Source: Chiloscyllium plagiosum (taxonomy: Eukaryota). Taken from it: a stretch of DNA of 64,000 nucleotides. Location of the stretch: assembly GCF_004010195.1 (NCBI RefSeq), contig NC_057751.1:19368535-19432534 (forward strand), in the 5' to 3' direction. A program made the translations under genes and the position numbers. Below are positions 37,292 through 50,087 of the stretch, one piece after another (positions within the stretch are counted from its first letter, which is position 1; the number at the start of each line of letters is the position of its first letter). Below the pieces are notes generated by a model. The model ran no database searches, had not been told where the DNA came from, and worked only from the letters and a program-made list of their open reading frames with translations.

Positions 37292-39929
37292 TACCTATTA
37301 TGAATAAGGAATTCTGACACATTTGAAATCTCTAGTGTTTTATTTCATCTATTTATGAGAGATCGTTGTTCAATTTAAACTTGATTACTACATTCTAGAA
37401 CAGAATCCATCAGCGGTTTGCTGGAACAAACACAGAGAATGCTATAGAAACTCAGCAGGTCTGGTAGCATCTGTGGGGAGAGAAACAGAGTTAATGTTTT
37501 GAGTTTGGTATGACCCTTCTTTAATTTTCAAGAAGAATTAAACTGATTGAAAATGTTAACTCTGTCCACAAACATCCATTCCCTCCACCACTGATGCTCA
37601 GTCGCAGCTGTGTGCACCATTTAAAAGAAGCAGTGCAAAAATTCCCCAAGGCTCCTTTGACAGCACCATCCAACCCTATGATCACTCCCCATCTAGAAGG
37701 ATGAGGTCTGCAGGTACATGGGAACTCCACTCCCTGCAAATTCCTCTCCAAATCACACACCATCCTTATGTGGAAATATACTGCCATTCCTTCAGTGTTG
37801 CTTAGTAAAAATCCTGGAACTTCCTCCCTAACAGCGTAGTGGGTATACGTACACCAAATGGATTGCAACAGTTCAAGAAGGCAGATTGACACCACCTTCT
37901 CAAGGGCAACTAGGGATGGGCAATAAGTGCTAGCTTAGCCAACAATGTCTATATCCCATGAATGATTAAACAAAGTAAACACAGGAGGCGTGTCACCTGC
38001 CCTTTCACCTCCTTCCTCTCACCAACCAGGGTCCCAAATATTCCTTGCAGATGAAGTAGCAATTTACTGATATTTCTTTGAATTTAGCATACTGTATTCA
38101 ATTCTCACAAAAAAAGTCTCCTCTCTATCACGAAGACCAAACGCAGATCCTGACACAAGGTAATCAAACTGGAAAATTAACCTGTTGCTCTCTCCACAAA
38201 TGCTGCCTGACATACTGAATATTTCCAGCATTTTCTGCTCGTATTTCAGATTTCCAGCACCCACTAGATTTTGCTTATGTACAGTATTCCGGTTATGTAG
38301 ATGTTTTATTAAGAAGTGGCTTAACACAAGGGGGTGCTAGAGATTAAAGTCCCTCAGACTTCAAAAGTTCCAGTTCATAGGCCAGAAATAAAAGAAATAC
38401 CTCTTTAGTCGCACTCATTCGAGCAAAGTATAAATATCAATGTACACCTACTAGAGTAGTCATATATGTCTATATGAAAACAGATTGGACTCCCGGTGTG
38501 ACAGCCATCATGGTTGATTAGCTTACTTCACTGTCTATGATTGAAGGATACCAGTCCTTGTGGAACTGTATCTCAGCAAGTTTCAACACTGGCAGGTAAT
38601 GTGGAGAGCAAAACCAGGAAAAAAAGATTTAGTTTATTTTTTTTTCATTGATTTCCTAAATGATTCCCACCCTGCAAGTATTATATTGTGTCTCAAAACC
38701 AGCTACATCTCACCCTCCTTCATAATTCCATCCTCAATATCTATTCTTGAAATCCACCATTCTCTCTCTAAAATCTCCTTTGTGGTGGAAACTTAAAAAC
38801 TCACTTATTCTATCTCTCCCCTGCTACTGTCTTATGGGTTGAACCTATTCAATGCCGAGGCAAGCCTCTGAACTTATATTCACAAAGTTTCCATGGCCTT
38901 AATGCTCCCCGTCTTTGTTAATTCAGTCCCTTTAACCCAGCACAAAATCTCTATTCCCAGATTTTGGCAGATTGTGCATCCACTCTTCCTTAGCCCCACT
39001 ATTAGTGGCTGTGTCTTCAACCATCTAATTTCTGTGCCCCAGAATACCCCCTCTCGAAACCCTTCTGCCTTTCTGCTTTTCTTCTTTAAAATCCCCCTTC
39101 AACTATGATCAACTTTCCTGATTGATCTTCAGCTTAGTATTGATCATTTTTGATTATGCCTCTGTGAAATACCTTTGGATCTTTTTCTATATTAACAGTG
39201 CTGTATAATGGCAAGTTGTTTTACATTATAATTGCAAGGTCCCATTTGACTTCCTGCTGTAATTATGATTTTAAAAATTAACACGTTTGCCATAAACCCC
39301 CAATATCAAATATGAGCCTATAGTGCCATTAAGGGGAAGTGTCACTAATTTTGCATGTGTATGCTGTGTGAAATTATTCACTTGAGGCAGATTCAAGTAC
39401 AATCTTTGGAAGATAGTACTGTATGTAATGTATACTATTTTCTTGGCATGAATTACACCATTATATATGATGACTTTAAACAGGGTCCCAAAACTCTTTT
39501 CAATACTTTACATGAGCACTAATGCCCTTTTAGTGGTATTCAATAAATTGTGGAATAACACTTCAATGTGAAACTCTGCCCATTCATGAAGACTGTTGTC
39601 TATAAGGGCAACAGAACACAGTTAAAAAGTAGAAACATAAGGATGACATTTTAGTGATTCCTCTTTGTTAAATCCCTGCTCTCCGATATTGCATTGGAAT
39701 TCCCTCCATTTTATGACCTATCTCTTTTATTGGAAACCTACTGAGACCTGTCATTGTTAGCCATGCCTTTGATTCTCATCGAAGGTACTCTCTTTCCTTA
39801 TGTCTTGTAATCAATGTGCCATTTTAAACCTCATTGTAAAAGACTCTGATGTCTTTATGCATGTGAGAAACACTACACAAGTGAAAATTATTGTTGTTAA
39901 TAGTAATAGCTGATAGGCAATTGTTAAAG

Positions 39930-40095
39930 GAAGAAACCAGATCAGGCAGCGCGTCGAGGAGGGGGTCATATTTGCGACTGCATGCTCTTCTTCTGCGGTT
40001 ATGTTCAAGCTCGGGTGTCCGGGAGAGGGAGCAAGTGGTGTCCACCAATGCTCTGGATGCCTTTAGGGAGAGGTGGGCAGCACAGGGGGTGGAAT
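39930..40095 (+). mobile_element. Tx1-type LINE ORF2 C-terminal fragment
   Basis: FCGYVQARVS / REQVVSTNALDAFRERWAAQGVE, resembling Tx1 ORF2 termini. Confidence 0.6.
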
Positions 40096-40884
40096 ACTTT
40101 ATTTTTATTTGATCCTTATCCTTCACTTCTCTTTCATGTAAGCATTGCTCCTATTGAGCTTTGCTTGTTACTGGTTCCCTGGCCATTTGGGTATATTTCC
40201 TGGCGGTGGAAATAATGAATAGAATTATTTTGCACATCGTATTTTTACTGACTCCCGCACTTACACACAACACAGGTGCTGTTGGGAAAAACAAGCATTA
40301 CTGCTATATAGCAGTAGTGTAGGGGTTTATAAAAAAAAGAAACCAGAGCCAGTTTTGGAATAGATTTTATTCACAAACTGAAACAATACATTCATATATC
40401 TCCTGACTCTGCTGTAATCCAGTGTCATTATGTGTCACTTTATAATGTTTTCTACCAATTTTAAACCAGGGACATTTCACAGATAAAGTGACTGTGACAA
40501 CCACTTCACTGCAGACACACTTTAAAACCTTGAGATTCAGAGACAAGAGTACTAACAATTGAGTTATGGCTGACACCTGTGATTTTAAAAAAGTTTTTAT
40601 AATCTATTGATTCTCTATGAAACATACAATGCACAGATAATCAGTTCAACAGAAACCACAAGCTAAGAAACAAATTCACAAATTAGTCTGTGCTCAATTT
40701 CTTAAAAATAAATGGTAATTTGGTAGTACAGAAATTAAGTATTGCTGAAAATGTTCTTATAAATGCTTGGTCCATTTATTTAGCCTTCCCTCCATTTTTC
40801 AGGGTGATCTTGTTGATGGGAGGTAAGTCTGGATACACCTCAATGTGCATCATATTCTGAGGAAGGACTGAAACCAGGTTTTTT

Positions 40885-41690
40885 TTTATTTGGACATATT
40901 ATGACACACCTCCACAGTACACAGGACTTGAACCCAGACCTTCTGACTGAAAGATGGGGACACTATCACTGTGCTATGACATATCATATCCATCAACCCA
41001 TAGTACACGTTCAAGAAGGGTTTCTTTTTTTAAAAGAAAAATCAATCTATTCAGATATGTTGTAACACACCTCCAGGCTGGTTGGGACTTGAACTGGACT
41101 GTCTGCTCCAGGAGTAGGGACACTACCACTGTGCTAGAAGACCCCTTTTGAAAGAGGTATTTTAATTATTTTTAGTCAATTCATTCTGAAATACCTCCAG
41201 AACAGATGAAACTTAAACCCAAACATAGGAGCACTATCAATGTGCTACAGGACCCCTTAAATAAAATAGTATTTTGTAAAAAAAAACTTATTTTTCTAAT
41301 CAATCTGTTCACAGATGTTATGACACACCTCTGGGGCAGGTGGGTCTTGAACACAGATCTGCTGATCCAGCTGTAGAGACACTACCACTGCACCATAAGG
41401 GAGCCTCATAGGTTGGCTTTTTTATTTAACCAATTTTTCTAATCCACCTGTTCAGGGATGTTATGACACATCTCTGGAGCAGATGGGATTTGAATCCAGG
41501 CCTTCTGGTTCAGAGACACCACTGCAACAAAAGAGGACCTTGAAATAGCCTTTTTTAAAAAAAAATTTAACCTAATTTTTCAAACTAACCTGTTCAGATA
41601 CATTATACTTGCCTCTGGAGGAGGTGGGACTTGAACCCAGGCCTCTTGGTTCAGGTGTAGGGACACTATCACTGCACCAGAAGAGGGCCT
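40885..41690 (-). repeat. Six head-to-tail ~115-bp tRNA-derived units
   Basis: Units at ~40890-40980, 41040-41146, 41172-41258, 41291-41405, 41434-41539 and 41576-41690. The best units read TGGTGCAGTG(G/A)TAG...CTGAACC...GGTTCAAGTCCC...ctgaacaggtt(g/a)attagaaaa on -. Confidence 0.85.
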
Positions 41691-41867
41691 CAAAAATAGC
41701 CTTTTGTATTAAAATACTGAACCAACCTCCACCTGTTTGTACTTGACCTCAGTTGATATAGTAACAACAGTTAACAACCACCTCACCCTCTGTGAAACCA
41801 TGTCCTATTAGTTTGTCCTTCATTATGACCTTTCATTTTAGGCTTTTTGTACAGCAATAATTTTGAA

Positions 41868-42297
41868 GGCTTCTTGTGGTGCAGTGATAGTGTCCCTGCC
41901 GCTGAATTAGGAGGCCTGGATAAAAGTCCTACCGGCTCCAGAGATGTGAAATAATATCTCTGACCAGGTTGGTTAGAAAAATAAGTTAATTTTTAAAAAA
42001 TGCTCTTCCTTATGATCTTCCACATTAGGCCTTTTGTATAGACATAATTTTGAAGGGGTCCTTTTGTGCAGTGGTAATGTCCCTATCTTTGAACCAGGAG
42101 GCCTAGATTCAAGTTCCATCTACTTCAGAGATGTGCAATCACCTATCTGAACAGGTTGATTAGGTAAATATTGAGCCATGATTTTGGAGGGCTCTTGTGG
42201 TATAGTGGTAGTGTCCCTACACCTAAGGAAGTCTACATTCAAGTTCCACCTATTCCAGGGGTGTGTAATAATATCTGAACAGTTGAGTAGAAATATC
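41868..42297 (+). repeat. Three head-to-tail units of the same tRNA-derived repeat in opposite orientation
   Basis: Units at ~41868-41983, 42055-42171 and 42188-42297. Confidence 0.85.
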
Positions 42298-42673
42298 TAA
42301 AACCATGATGTTTCTCTCTGGCATCTGTGGTGAGTTTGGTTTCCTGGAGGTTGTGCATCATTGAAGTGGTCCTAATGTCGATTTGTGGCTGCTGCAGCAA
42401 AGGTGAGTTTAGGTTCCTGGTAGCGTCAGTGTCCAACGCAGATTCATGGAGCTTGTGGCGGAGGCAAGTTTGGGCCCACTTCAAGACCCGGCAGCATCAG
42501 CAAAGGTGAGGTGGGCCCAAAGTAGACTCGTGGCAGCAGAGTTGAGTTTGGGTTGGTGCGGGATCTGGTGGCATTGGTGGCAGCCCCATAGGCGAGGTCC
42601 AGCGAGGAAGTTGATGGAGGCGAGATGGTGCTGAAGAATGGCAGTCATGGCGTGGCTAAGGAGACTAATGGTT

Positions 42674-42833
42674 AGGTAAAAAAAGGCTGCAGATGCTGGA
42701 AAGAGAGTCTAGATTTGTGGTGCTAGAAAAGCACAGTAGGTCAGGGAGCATCCGAGGAGCAGGAAAATCGAATTGTCTGCTCCTTGGATGCTGCCTGCCC
42801 TGCTGTGCTTTTCCAGCACCACTCTAATCTTGA
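42674..42833. mobile_element. Penelope-derived hairpin insertion with 18-bp TSD
   Basis: TSD ctaaggagactaatggtt at 42656-42673 and 42834-42851. Inverted arms meet near 42770; the ribozyme core is absent. Confidence 0.88.
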
Positions 42834-43639
42834 CTAAGGAGACTAATGGTTGGCCACCAGGCCCATGGCTGAACACTTAACAAGAAGGACTGTAAAAGTG
42901 AACGCTATTTCTCTGGTACAACACTTTTCACTGTATTTTGTAACAAAATATACATGATAATAAATATATTGAGTCTAGTTCTACCGAATGTACAACTCAA
43001 ATAACTTGTTACATTAGGTGAGGATAGAATTGTTAAGCTCTCTAAAGGTTAGGTAATTGGCGAATTCCTGTGTGAAAGTTCAAAAATTAAGAATAGCCAC
43101 TCCATCGAGGTATTCGAAAATACTAGAAGAATCCCAGTTTCCCAGTAAAAGCGCACACTCACGGTGGAAATAAAGGCAATTAAAAATGCAATCTATTTTA
43201 GTATATGCTACTCCCACAAGCAAAAGGGCCTTCACGTGCAATTTTTCCCAAAGCCTTAACGCCACCCCCCATCCTTGTAACCTTCTTCAGACCTGTAATC
43301 GTCGGTAATCTAAACGCTCTTCCAATTCGAGCCTCTGGCACATACTGCTCAATGTCTATCACTGGTAACCATCATTCAACTGCGTACGACCACACCTCTA
43401 GCATTCCCTTCCAAAACTTCCCACCTAACTCTGTTCTCTTTGAAGGGTCTCGTTTAAACCTACTTATTTGATAGAGCTTTGTCAGCTGACCTAATTTTTT
43501 ATGAGATTGCGTCAAATTTTGCTTGACAATATTCTTACGAAGCAGTTCGGAACATTTCACTTTAACTGAGTTTACAGATAAAGGTCATTAGGTCTTTACT
43601 CAAATTACTGGTCAGTTCAAAGGCAACATCCGGCAGATG

Positions 43640-44500
43640 TTGGAAATCTGAAAGAAACAGAACTGCTTGGACCACTCAGGTCAGGCAGTATCCGCGGATA
43701 GACAAATAAAGGATTCTGGTGGAAAACCTTTTACTCATCTCTGATCATAAGTCCAACGTTTGGTATTTTCATAGACATTGCTTTTCCTAACATGACTCAA
43801 CTTGCCAGAAGATTAATAAAATTATTTGCCTTTTCACTTGTGTAATTGATCGCCGACAGGGTAGGGTTAATGTTTCTGGCGTTGTCTTGCTACTGACAGC
43901 CGTGGTGTGTTGTTTTTTTCTGGGTGCAGTGTTGCTGCTGGATTTTCGACCAATCACTAGAAAAGCGAAAACAAACTATTTTCACGGGGAGGAACTCATG
44001 CCACACAAGCGGAAACCTCTCGAACTTCGAGCGGTAGAGCCGTCCGCAGTTTCGTTTTGTCTCCAAATAGCAAATAGTCAGACGCGCAGGAAAATATTGT
44101 CTTTCTACTATTAAAGAAGCTTGTTCAGGAAAAAAAAAGCTGCAAGTCAGAACACAAAAAGTGTAGATACAAGGATTAAATGGAAAAGAATTCACCTGTG
44201 CTTTTGATGTGAGGTAAAGTGGGCCAAACTCGGGCGTGTTCGACTTTCGTTTGGACTGAAAAGTTGAAGTCTCTTTGATTGCCCCTTTTTTTTTGTCCCG
44301 AATCCAAAGTTTTCAGAAGGAACAAACCAAGTGCGTCTAGTTTTTAATGATTTTTGTTTGTTGTTTGTTTTAAATCGCTAGCCCCAACCGGCTGTCACTT
44401 TTCCGCTGAAAACCTTTCGTAATGTTGGAAAGCAAACTATTAGTTTAATTCTGGACGTTTGTCTCGAAAGAAACAAACGAACGCTTTTTTACGAATTGTA
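43640..44500 (+). promoter_or_regulatory. CpG-rich promoter and probable non-coding first exon of an unidentified divergent gene (donor near 44213/44214)
   Basis: CpG-dense unique sequence with CCAAT near 43950 and donor GAG|GTAAAG near 44214. No recognisable coding exon in the following 20 kb. Confidence 0.5.
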
Positions 44501-46359
44501 TAAATATGCAGATTTAAATCGTTAGATTTGTGATGTGGTTATATTTATCGGTATTATTTTGATTCAAGGTTTAGTAAGAAAAACTTGAGGCTAATGGAGC
44601 CAGAGATAAATGTTGGCAATGGACCTTCGAGCCAATTGGAAAAGCACTGTCTGTGTTAGACAAACCCAGTTATATTTTCCCCTCTTCCAATTGGTTAACG
44701 CAGATGCTAATCATGATGGTCACCCATCCTGATTAGGCCAACGTGGGACTTTAGTGCGATTAAAAACAGAAAATGTTGGCAGTTGGGTTAAGCAGTTTAT
44801 GTGGAGAAGAACCATAATCAATGTTTCAGTCCGATAACTATTCATCAGAATGCAGTACAGAAATAACGAGTTACTACCATTTGAGCACGTTTAAAAACAT
44901 GCTTTGAAAGTCAAGCAACTCGCTCGAATATGAAGTTTAATCAAAAATAGTTAAGTCACAAACTGGATTTTTAAGTGTTTGGCTTGTAGTGACCATAACT
45001 AAAATGCTCATGTTCATTGTTTTATGATTGTATGTGTCACTTTAGAAACAGGATTAGATTATTTGACCCCTCGAGATCGTGGTTGATTTGACGGCGAAAT
45101 CCACACCCCTTTCTGTCTGTCATCTCCATAACTTTTGACTCCTTTAAACGTTTCTCCCACTTCGATAATCTAAACCATAATATTGACGTCGACTACCATG
45201 TATGATGGTCATGTGTTCCTTAACACCGCCCAAATATTATTCGATCTGTGCTTTCCAGCAAAAATTATGACTAGTTTACAGGTATGATGACTATGGTGTT
45301 TTACCCTATATAACAGGTGCTAATTTTAAAAGAACAAGCAAGTATACGAATTTGTCTGAGACCTATGTACGTGAAAGTATGCTTCATAACGCGCAGCTTC
45401 CATCATTCAGTAACAGTATTAAACTAAACAGTGATTGGTGGTTAACTGTATGCACATAATGGTTAAGCAGTCCTCTTATGCTGCCGACTATGTTTGCACT
45501 TTGTAGCAAGCATCCAGATCAGGAGTCGTGGTTAATGTTCTTCCTAGTCTGTGGCACGGGCTGATTGTGGTTTCTCAACTACCACCCTGGCTGAAGTGCT
45601 ACCAAGACTTTATTATTCAGTCACCTATGCCAATATTTAAAATTCAAACTTGGAAAATTACAATGCCTGATAACCATTTTTAGATTTTACAACTCAAGTT
45701 TCTGACTGACAACGTGTCCTATGTGAAAAAGTGCATTAGTTTGTAAGCAGTAGCAAAATAGATATGCCTCTAAATGGGTTTGCCTTGTTTATTTGTGATT
45801 TGATTTAATTTTAAAGCATCTCTTTGTGAAAATCAACACCAGCTTCTCTGAAGTTCATACTCTCAATTCTCATCGTTTGCAATAATTTTCTTGCAATCTA
45901 CAGGTTTTCAAAATCAGATGCAGTATAATCTATTACTTACTTGGGTTTAAGATTGATTTTAACAGATTGAAAACAAACTAGAATAAATGTACTGTTTTCA
46001 GGTTGGCAGGATGTAACTGCAGTTTTGCAAGGTTGCCAGTGAGTAGACTGGAGGGCACAAAAGTTGCAAAGGAGATTAAATTGAGGAAATTTGAAATTAT
46101 CCACTTGGATGTGATAGTAGAATATTCTTTAACCAGTAAGAGACTAGTAAAAATAAAATACTGTGGATACCTGAGAATGTGTGGCCATGCAGCTCCTGAG
46201 AGACCCTGTACACATTTGGTCAGGAGGTCTGGTCGCATCTATGCAGGGAGAACAGTTAGTGTTTCAAGTCCAATTCTGTATTGCTCTAAACCTTGGTGCG
46301 CAGAGGTCTTTGGATGTCTTAGTGCATGTTAACTTTGTGATTTTTGTTGGTGCAACAAT

Positions 46360-46860
46360 TGACCTTCATTAGGAAGTGTATTGTTAAACTTGAGAGGATG
46401 CAGAAATGACTTGCAAGGATGTTGCAGAGACTGGAGGGTTGGGTTATAGGGAGAGGCTGAATAGGTTGGGGCTTTTTCTCTAGAGCATCAGAGGTTGAGG
46501 GGTGACCGTATAGAGGTTTATAAAATAATGAGGGGCATGGATCGGGTGAATAATCAAGGTCTTTTTTCCTAGGGCAGGGGAGTCGAAAGCTAGAGAGCAT
46601 ATGTTTAAGATGAGAGGAAAAATTTTAAAAATGACCTGAGTAAACTTTTTTCACATAGGATGGTCTGCATATGGAACAAGCTGCCAGAGGAAGTGGTAGA
46701 AGCTGATACCTTTGCAGCATTTAAAAGGAAGCTGGATGGGTATATGAATAGGAAGCGTTTAGAGGGATATGGACGAAATGCTGGTAAATGGGACGAGGTT
46801 AGATTAGGACGTCTAATTGGACCAAAGGGTCTGTTTCTGTGCCGTATGACTCTCTGAAAG
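46360..46860 (+). mobile_element. CR1 3' fragment
   Basis: WNKLPEEVVEADTFAAFKRKLDGYM. Confidence 0.88.
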
Positions 46861-47144
46861 TGACTGATACTTTGACTTTCATTGCAAGGGGGATGGAAGT
46901 ATACAAGTAGGGAATTCTTTCTGAAATTGTATAGAACTTCGGTGAGACTAGGGAAGGATGAACTTAGTATAGAAGGGTGCAACAATAGTTCACTAAATTT
47001 GATTCCTCGATGAGAAAGTTGTTTTCAGGAGATATTGAATTGGGCGTTAACTTTTTTGTTTGTTCGTGGGATGTGGGTGCCACTAGCATTTGTAGGCCAT
47101 CCCTAATTATCCTTGAATTGAGTGGCTTGGTAGGGCAGTTAAGA

Positions 47145-47975
47145 GTCAAGAATATGGCACTAGAAAAGCACAACAGGTCAGGCAGCATCCGAGGAGCAGG
47201 AGAGTTGACGTTTTGGTCATAAGCCTTTCATTAGGTAGGGGTAGGTTGGTGGGGGTGGGGGGGGCGGAAGGTAGCTGCGAAGGCAATAGGTAAATGCAGG
47301 TGGGGGTAATTGTGAGGTCGGTGGAGTGGGTAGGTGGAAAGGAAGATGGACAGGTAGAACAAGTCAAGATGGTGGTGCTGAATTGGAGGGTGGATGACCT
47401 GGTGGCCCAGTGGTTAGCACTGCTGCCTTGCAATGCCAGGGGCCTGGGTTCGGTTCCAGCCTCGGGTGACTGTCTGTGTGGAGTTTGCACATTCTCCTTA
47501 TGTCTGCGTGGGTTTCCTCTGGGTGCTCTGGTTTCCTCCTACAATCCAAAGATGTGCAGGTTAGGTGAATTGGCTATGCTAAAATTGTCCATAGTGTTCA
47601 AGGATGTGTAGGTTAAGTGCATTAGTCAGGGGTAAATGTAGAGCAGTAGGGGAATGAGTCTGGCTGGGTTACTCTTCGGAGGGTTGGTGTGTACTTGTTG
47701 GGCCGAAGGGCCTGTTTTCACACTGTAGGAATTCTGCCTATTCTATAAGGTGATCTGGGATGAGGATAGGGTAGGGGAGATTTGGAAACTAGTAAAGTCG
47801 ATGTTGATAGCATGTGGTTGAAGGGTCCTAAGGTGGAAGATGAGGTTTTCTTCCTCCTTTCGTTGGATGGCTTGGATTTGGCAGTGGAGGAGGCCCAGGA
47901 CTTGCATATCCTTGGTGGAGGGGGAGTTGAAGTGGTTGGCCACAGGGCGGTGGGGTTGTTTGGTGCATGAGTCCT
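47145..47975 (-). mobile_element. Penelope 3' fragment interrupted by a V-SINE
   Basis: ANHFNSPS...EEENLIFHLRTLQPHAINIDFTSF at 47743-47943, with the pLTR at ~47145-47395. Confidence 0.82.
47401..47735 (+). mobile_element. V-SINE (HE1-like)
   Basis: A/B boxes, V-domain and tail. Confidence 0.9.
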
Positions 47976-49099
47976 AGAGAGTTGAGTCCACCACGTATGC
48001 CAGTTGAGATAAGAACAGCATGTTTTCTTCAAAGGACGTGGGTGAACCAGATCATTGTTTTTACAACATTGTAACCATTGCCGTGGACCATTAGACTAGC
48101 CTTTTATTACATAAGTTTTAATTAAATTCAGACTTCACTATCTGCCATTCAAACCTATGTCTCCAGAAGATTAGCCTGGGGTTCTGGATTACTAATCTAG
48201 TGACAGTACCACTGCCTTTCTTTTGGCAGTCAGATCTCTTGAATCAGGTTTTCATTAGTCTTTATGCCTTGGGATTCAGAATATATTCTTGATTATCAAT
48301 TTGTGCCATGTTTCTTTCCTGGTCAGTTTTGTATTCTGCTTTCAATTTAAGTGAATGGAATGAATCACAAACATCAGATCCCCATTGTTTGTCTCTTTAA
48401 TACAAACCAAAATAGGAGCCCTAATCTGAGGAAGGGTAACTGGAACTGAAGCATTAACTCTGATTTTTCTTCGTAGATGCTGCCAGACATGCTGAGCTTT
48501 TCCAGCAACTTGTGGTTTTGTTTGATTTACAGTGTCTGTAGGTCTTTCAGTCCTAATCTGAAATTCAGCTGCCTTGAATACAACTGATATGAAAAAGTTG
48601 GGTTCTGTATGACTGACTACTTCTCAATGAACTAGAGGTTCTTAAAAGAGCCATATGTATTCTTGGCTCTCATTTCTAATTTTTAATTGAGGATCGAGGT
48701 GCACAATTTTGTGTGTCTTGACTCTACCCTTTTTGTCACAGGTGTTATTCCTTGCATTCAATTGATGTTTGGCTGGTGCAAATAAATTCCCAGGCCTGTG
48801 TGCCTGACTCGCCATTAACTAAATAGCTGAGCAGTACATCAGTTTTCCAATCTAAAGCACAATTCGCTGAATCTGGAGCGCTGTAGAAAATTAACACCTG
48901 AATCTCTTCACCAGTTTCTTTGAATATCTTAGATTGCTAGAGATTTGTCTTCATGTTTTTGTGTAGGACGCAGTCTACATGCTATTTTAATGTGCTAATT
49001 TGTTTGTTCTAAATGGGATTATGCCTATTAACTGTTAAAATAGTTCCAGAGGGGTGTCATCAGAATGTGGTTGTTTTGTAATTGGCAGTGCATATTAAT

Positions 49100-49660
49100 A
49101 AAGGTGTTTCTGAAATGGCGGGAATATCTATGAAGAGAGCTTGGGCAAACTGGGCCTGTATTCTCTAGGGTTTTGATGAATGACAGGTGATTTTGTTGAA
49201 ACTTGCAAACTACTAAGGAATAAACAGGTTAAATGCAGGGGATGATGTTTCCCATGGCTGGGCAGTCTAATAGCAAGGTAGACAAGCAGGCGGCTGCCTG
49301 GGTTGCTGTGTTCTTCCAGCCCTCCTGCCTGTCTACTTTTAGATTCTAGCATCTGCAGGGTTTTTTTTGTGTCTCTATCCCGGTCTAGTACCAGGGGCAT
49401 AATTTTAAAATAAAAAGGATGCCACTTGGATCTGAGGTGTGAAAAGTTTTTTTTAATCAGGGTTGCGAACCCTTTAAAATTCTCTACCTCAGAGAGGGCT
49501 GTGGAGGTTCAGTCTGAGTATGTTTAAGATAGCAATTGATTTCCGTTTACTAATGGTGTACGGGGCTGTGAGGACGGGATGACAAAAAAGTCCTGAAGCG
49601 TTTATCATTGTATTGAATGGTGGGGCAGGCCTGATGGACTGACTGGCCTGCTGTTCCTGT
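49100..49660 (+). mobile_element. CR1 3' fragment with a small Penelope-type insert at ~49280-49378
   Basis: tatgaagagagcttgggcaaactgggcctgtattctcta..., then a CR1-type tail. Confidence 0.7.
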
Positions 49661-50087
49661 GTCTGTTTATTTTAACTGTATTGGTGAAAGTCTAGTTTAA
49701 TAGCTACTAATGAAGAGTTTGTCACCATATAACTAACAATGTAGGATAGTTTGGCAGCCAGCAATTGTATGATAACTTATGACTTTCGCTAAGATGTGCC
49801 TTGCGTGAGAATGTTGTTTTATAATGAAGTGATATTTGTGCAAGTGGTTTGAGTAATGCACTTTTTATGTATTCAAAGCATATAAGTAACTTATAAAAAG
49901 GAGGGGGAGGTGGAAAAATAAAGACTTTACTCTGATAAGGCACATTATTAACCTCTATGGGGAAGTGACTGATTGTGGAAGGAGCATGGTTCCTTGCTTT
50001 TCTCAGCTTTACTCAAACTGCACCCTCAAAATCAAAAATTTACAACAATATGTAGTTGATTACCAAGTCATCAGCATCATAAGATAT

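Noticed and set aside
40885..42297. Functional tRNA gene cluster or CRISPR-like repeat-spacer array
   Set aside because: Units are mutually diverged, lack a clean acceptor stem and carry a shared non-tRNA 3' extension. The context is eukaryotic with no cas genes.
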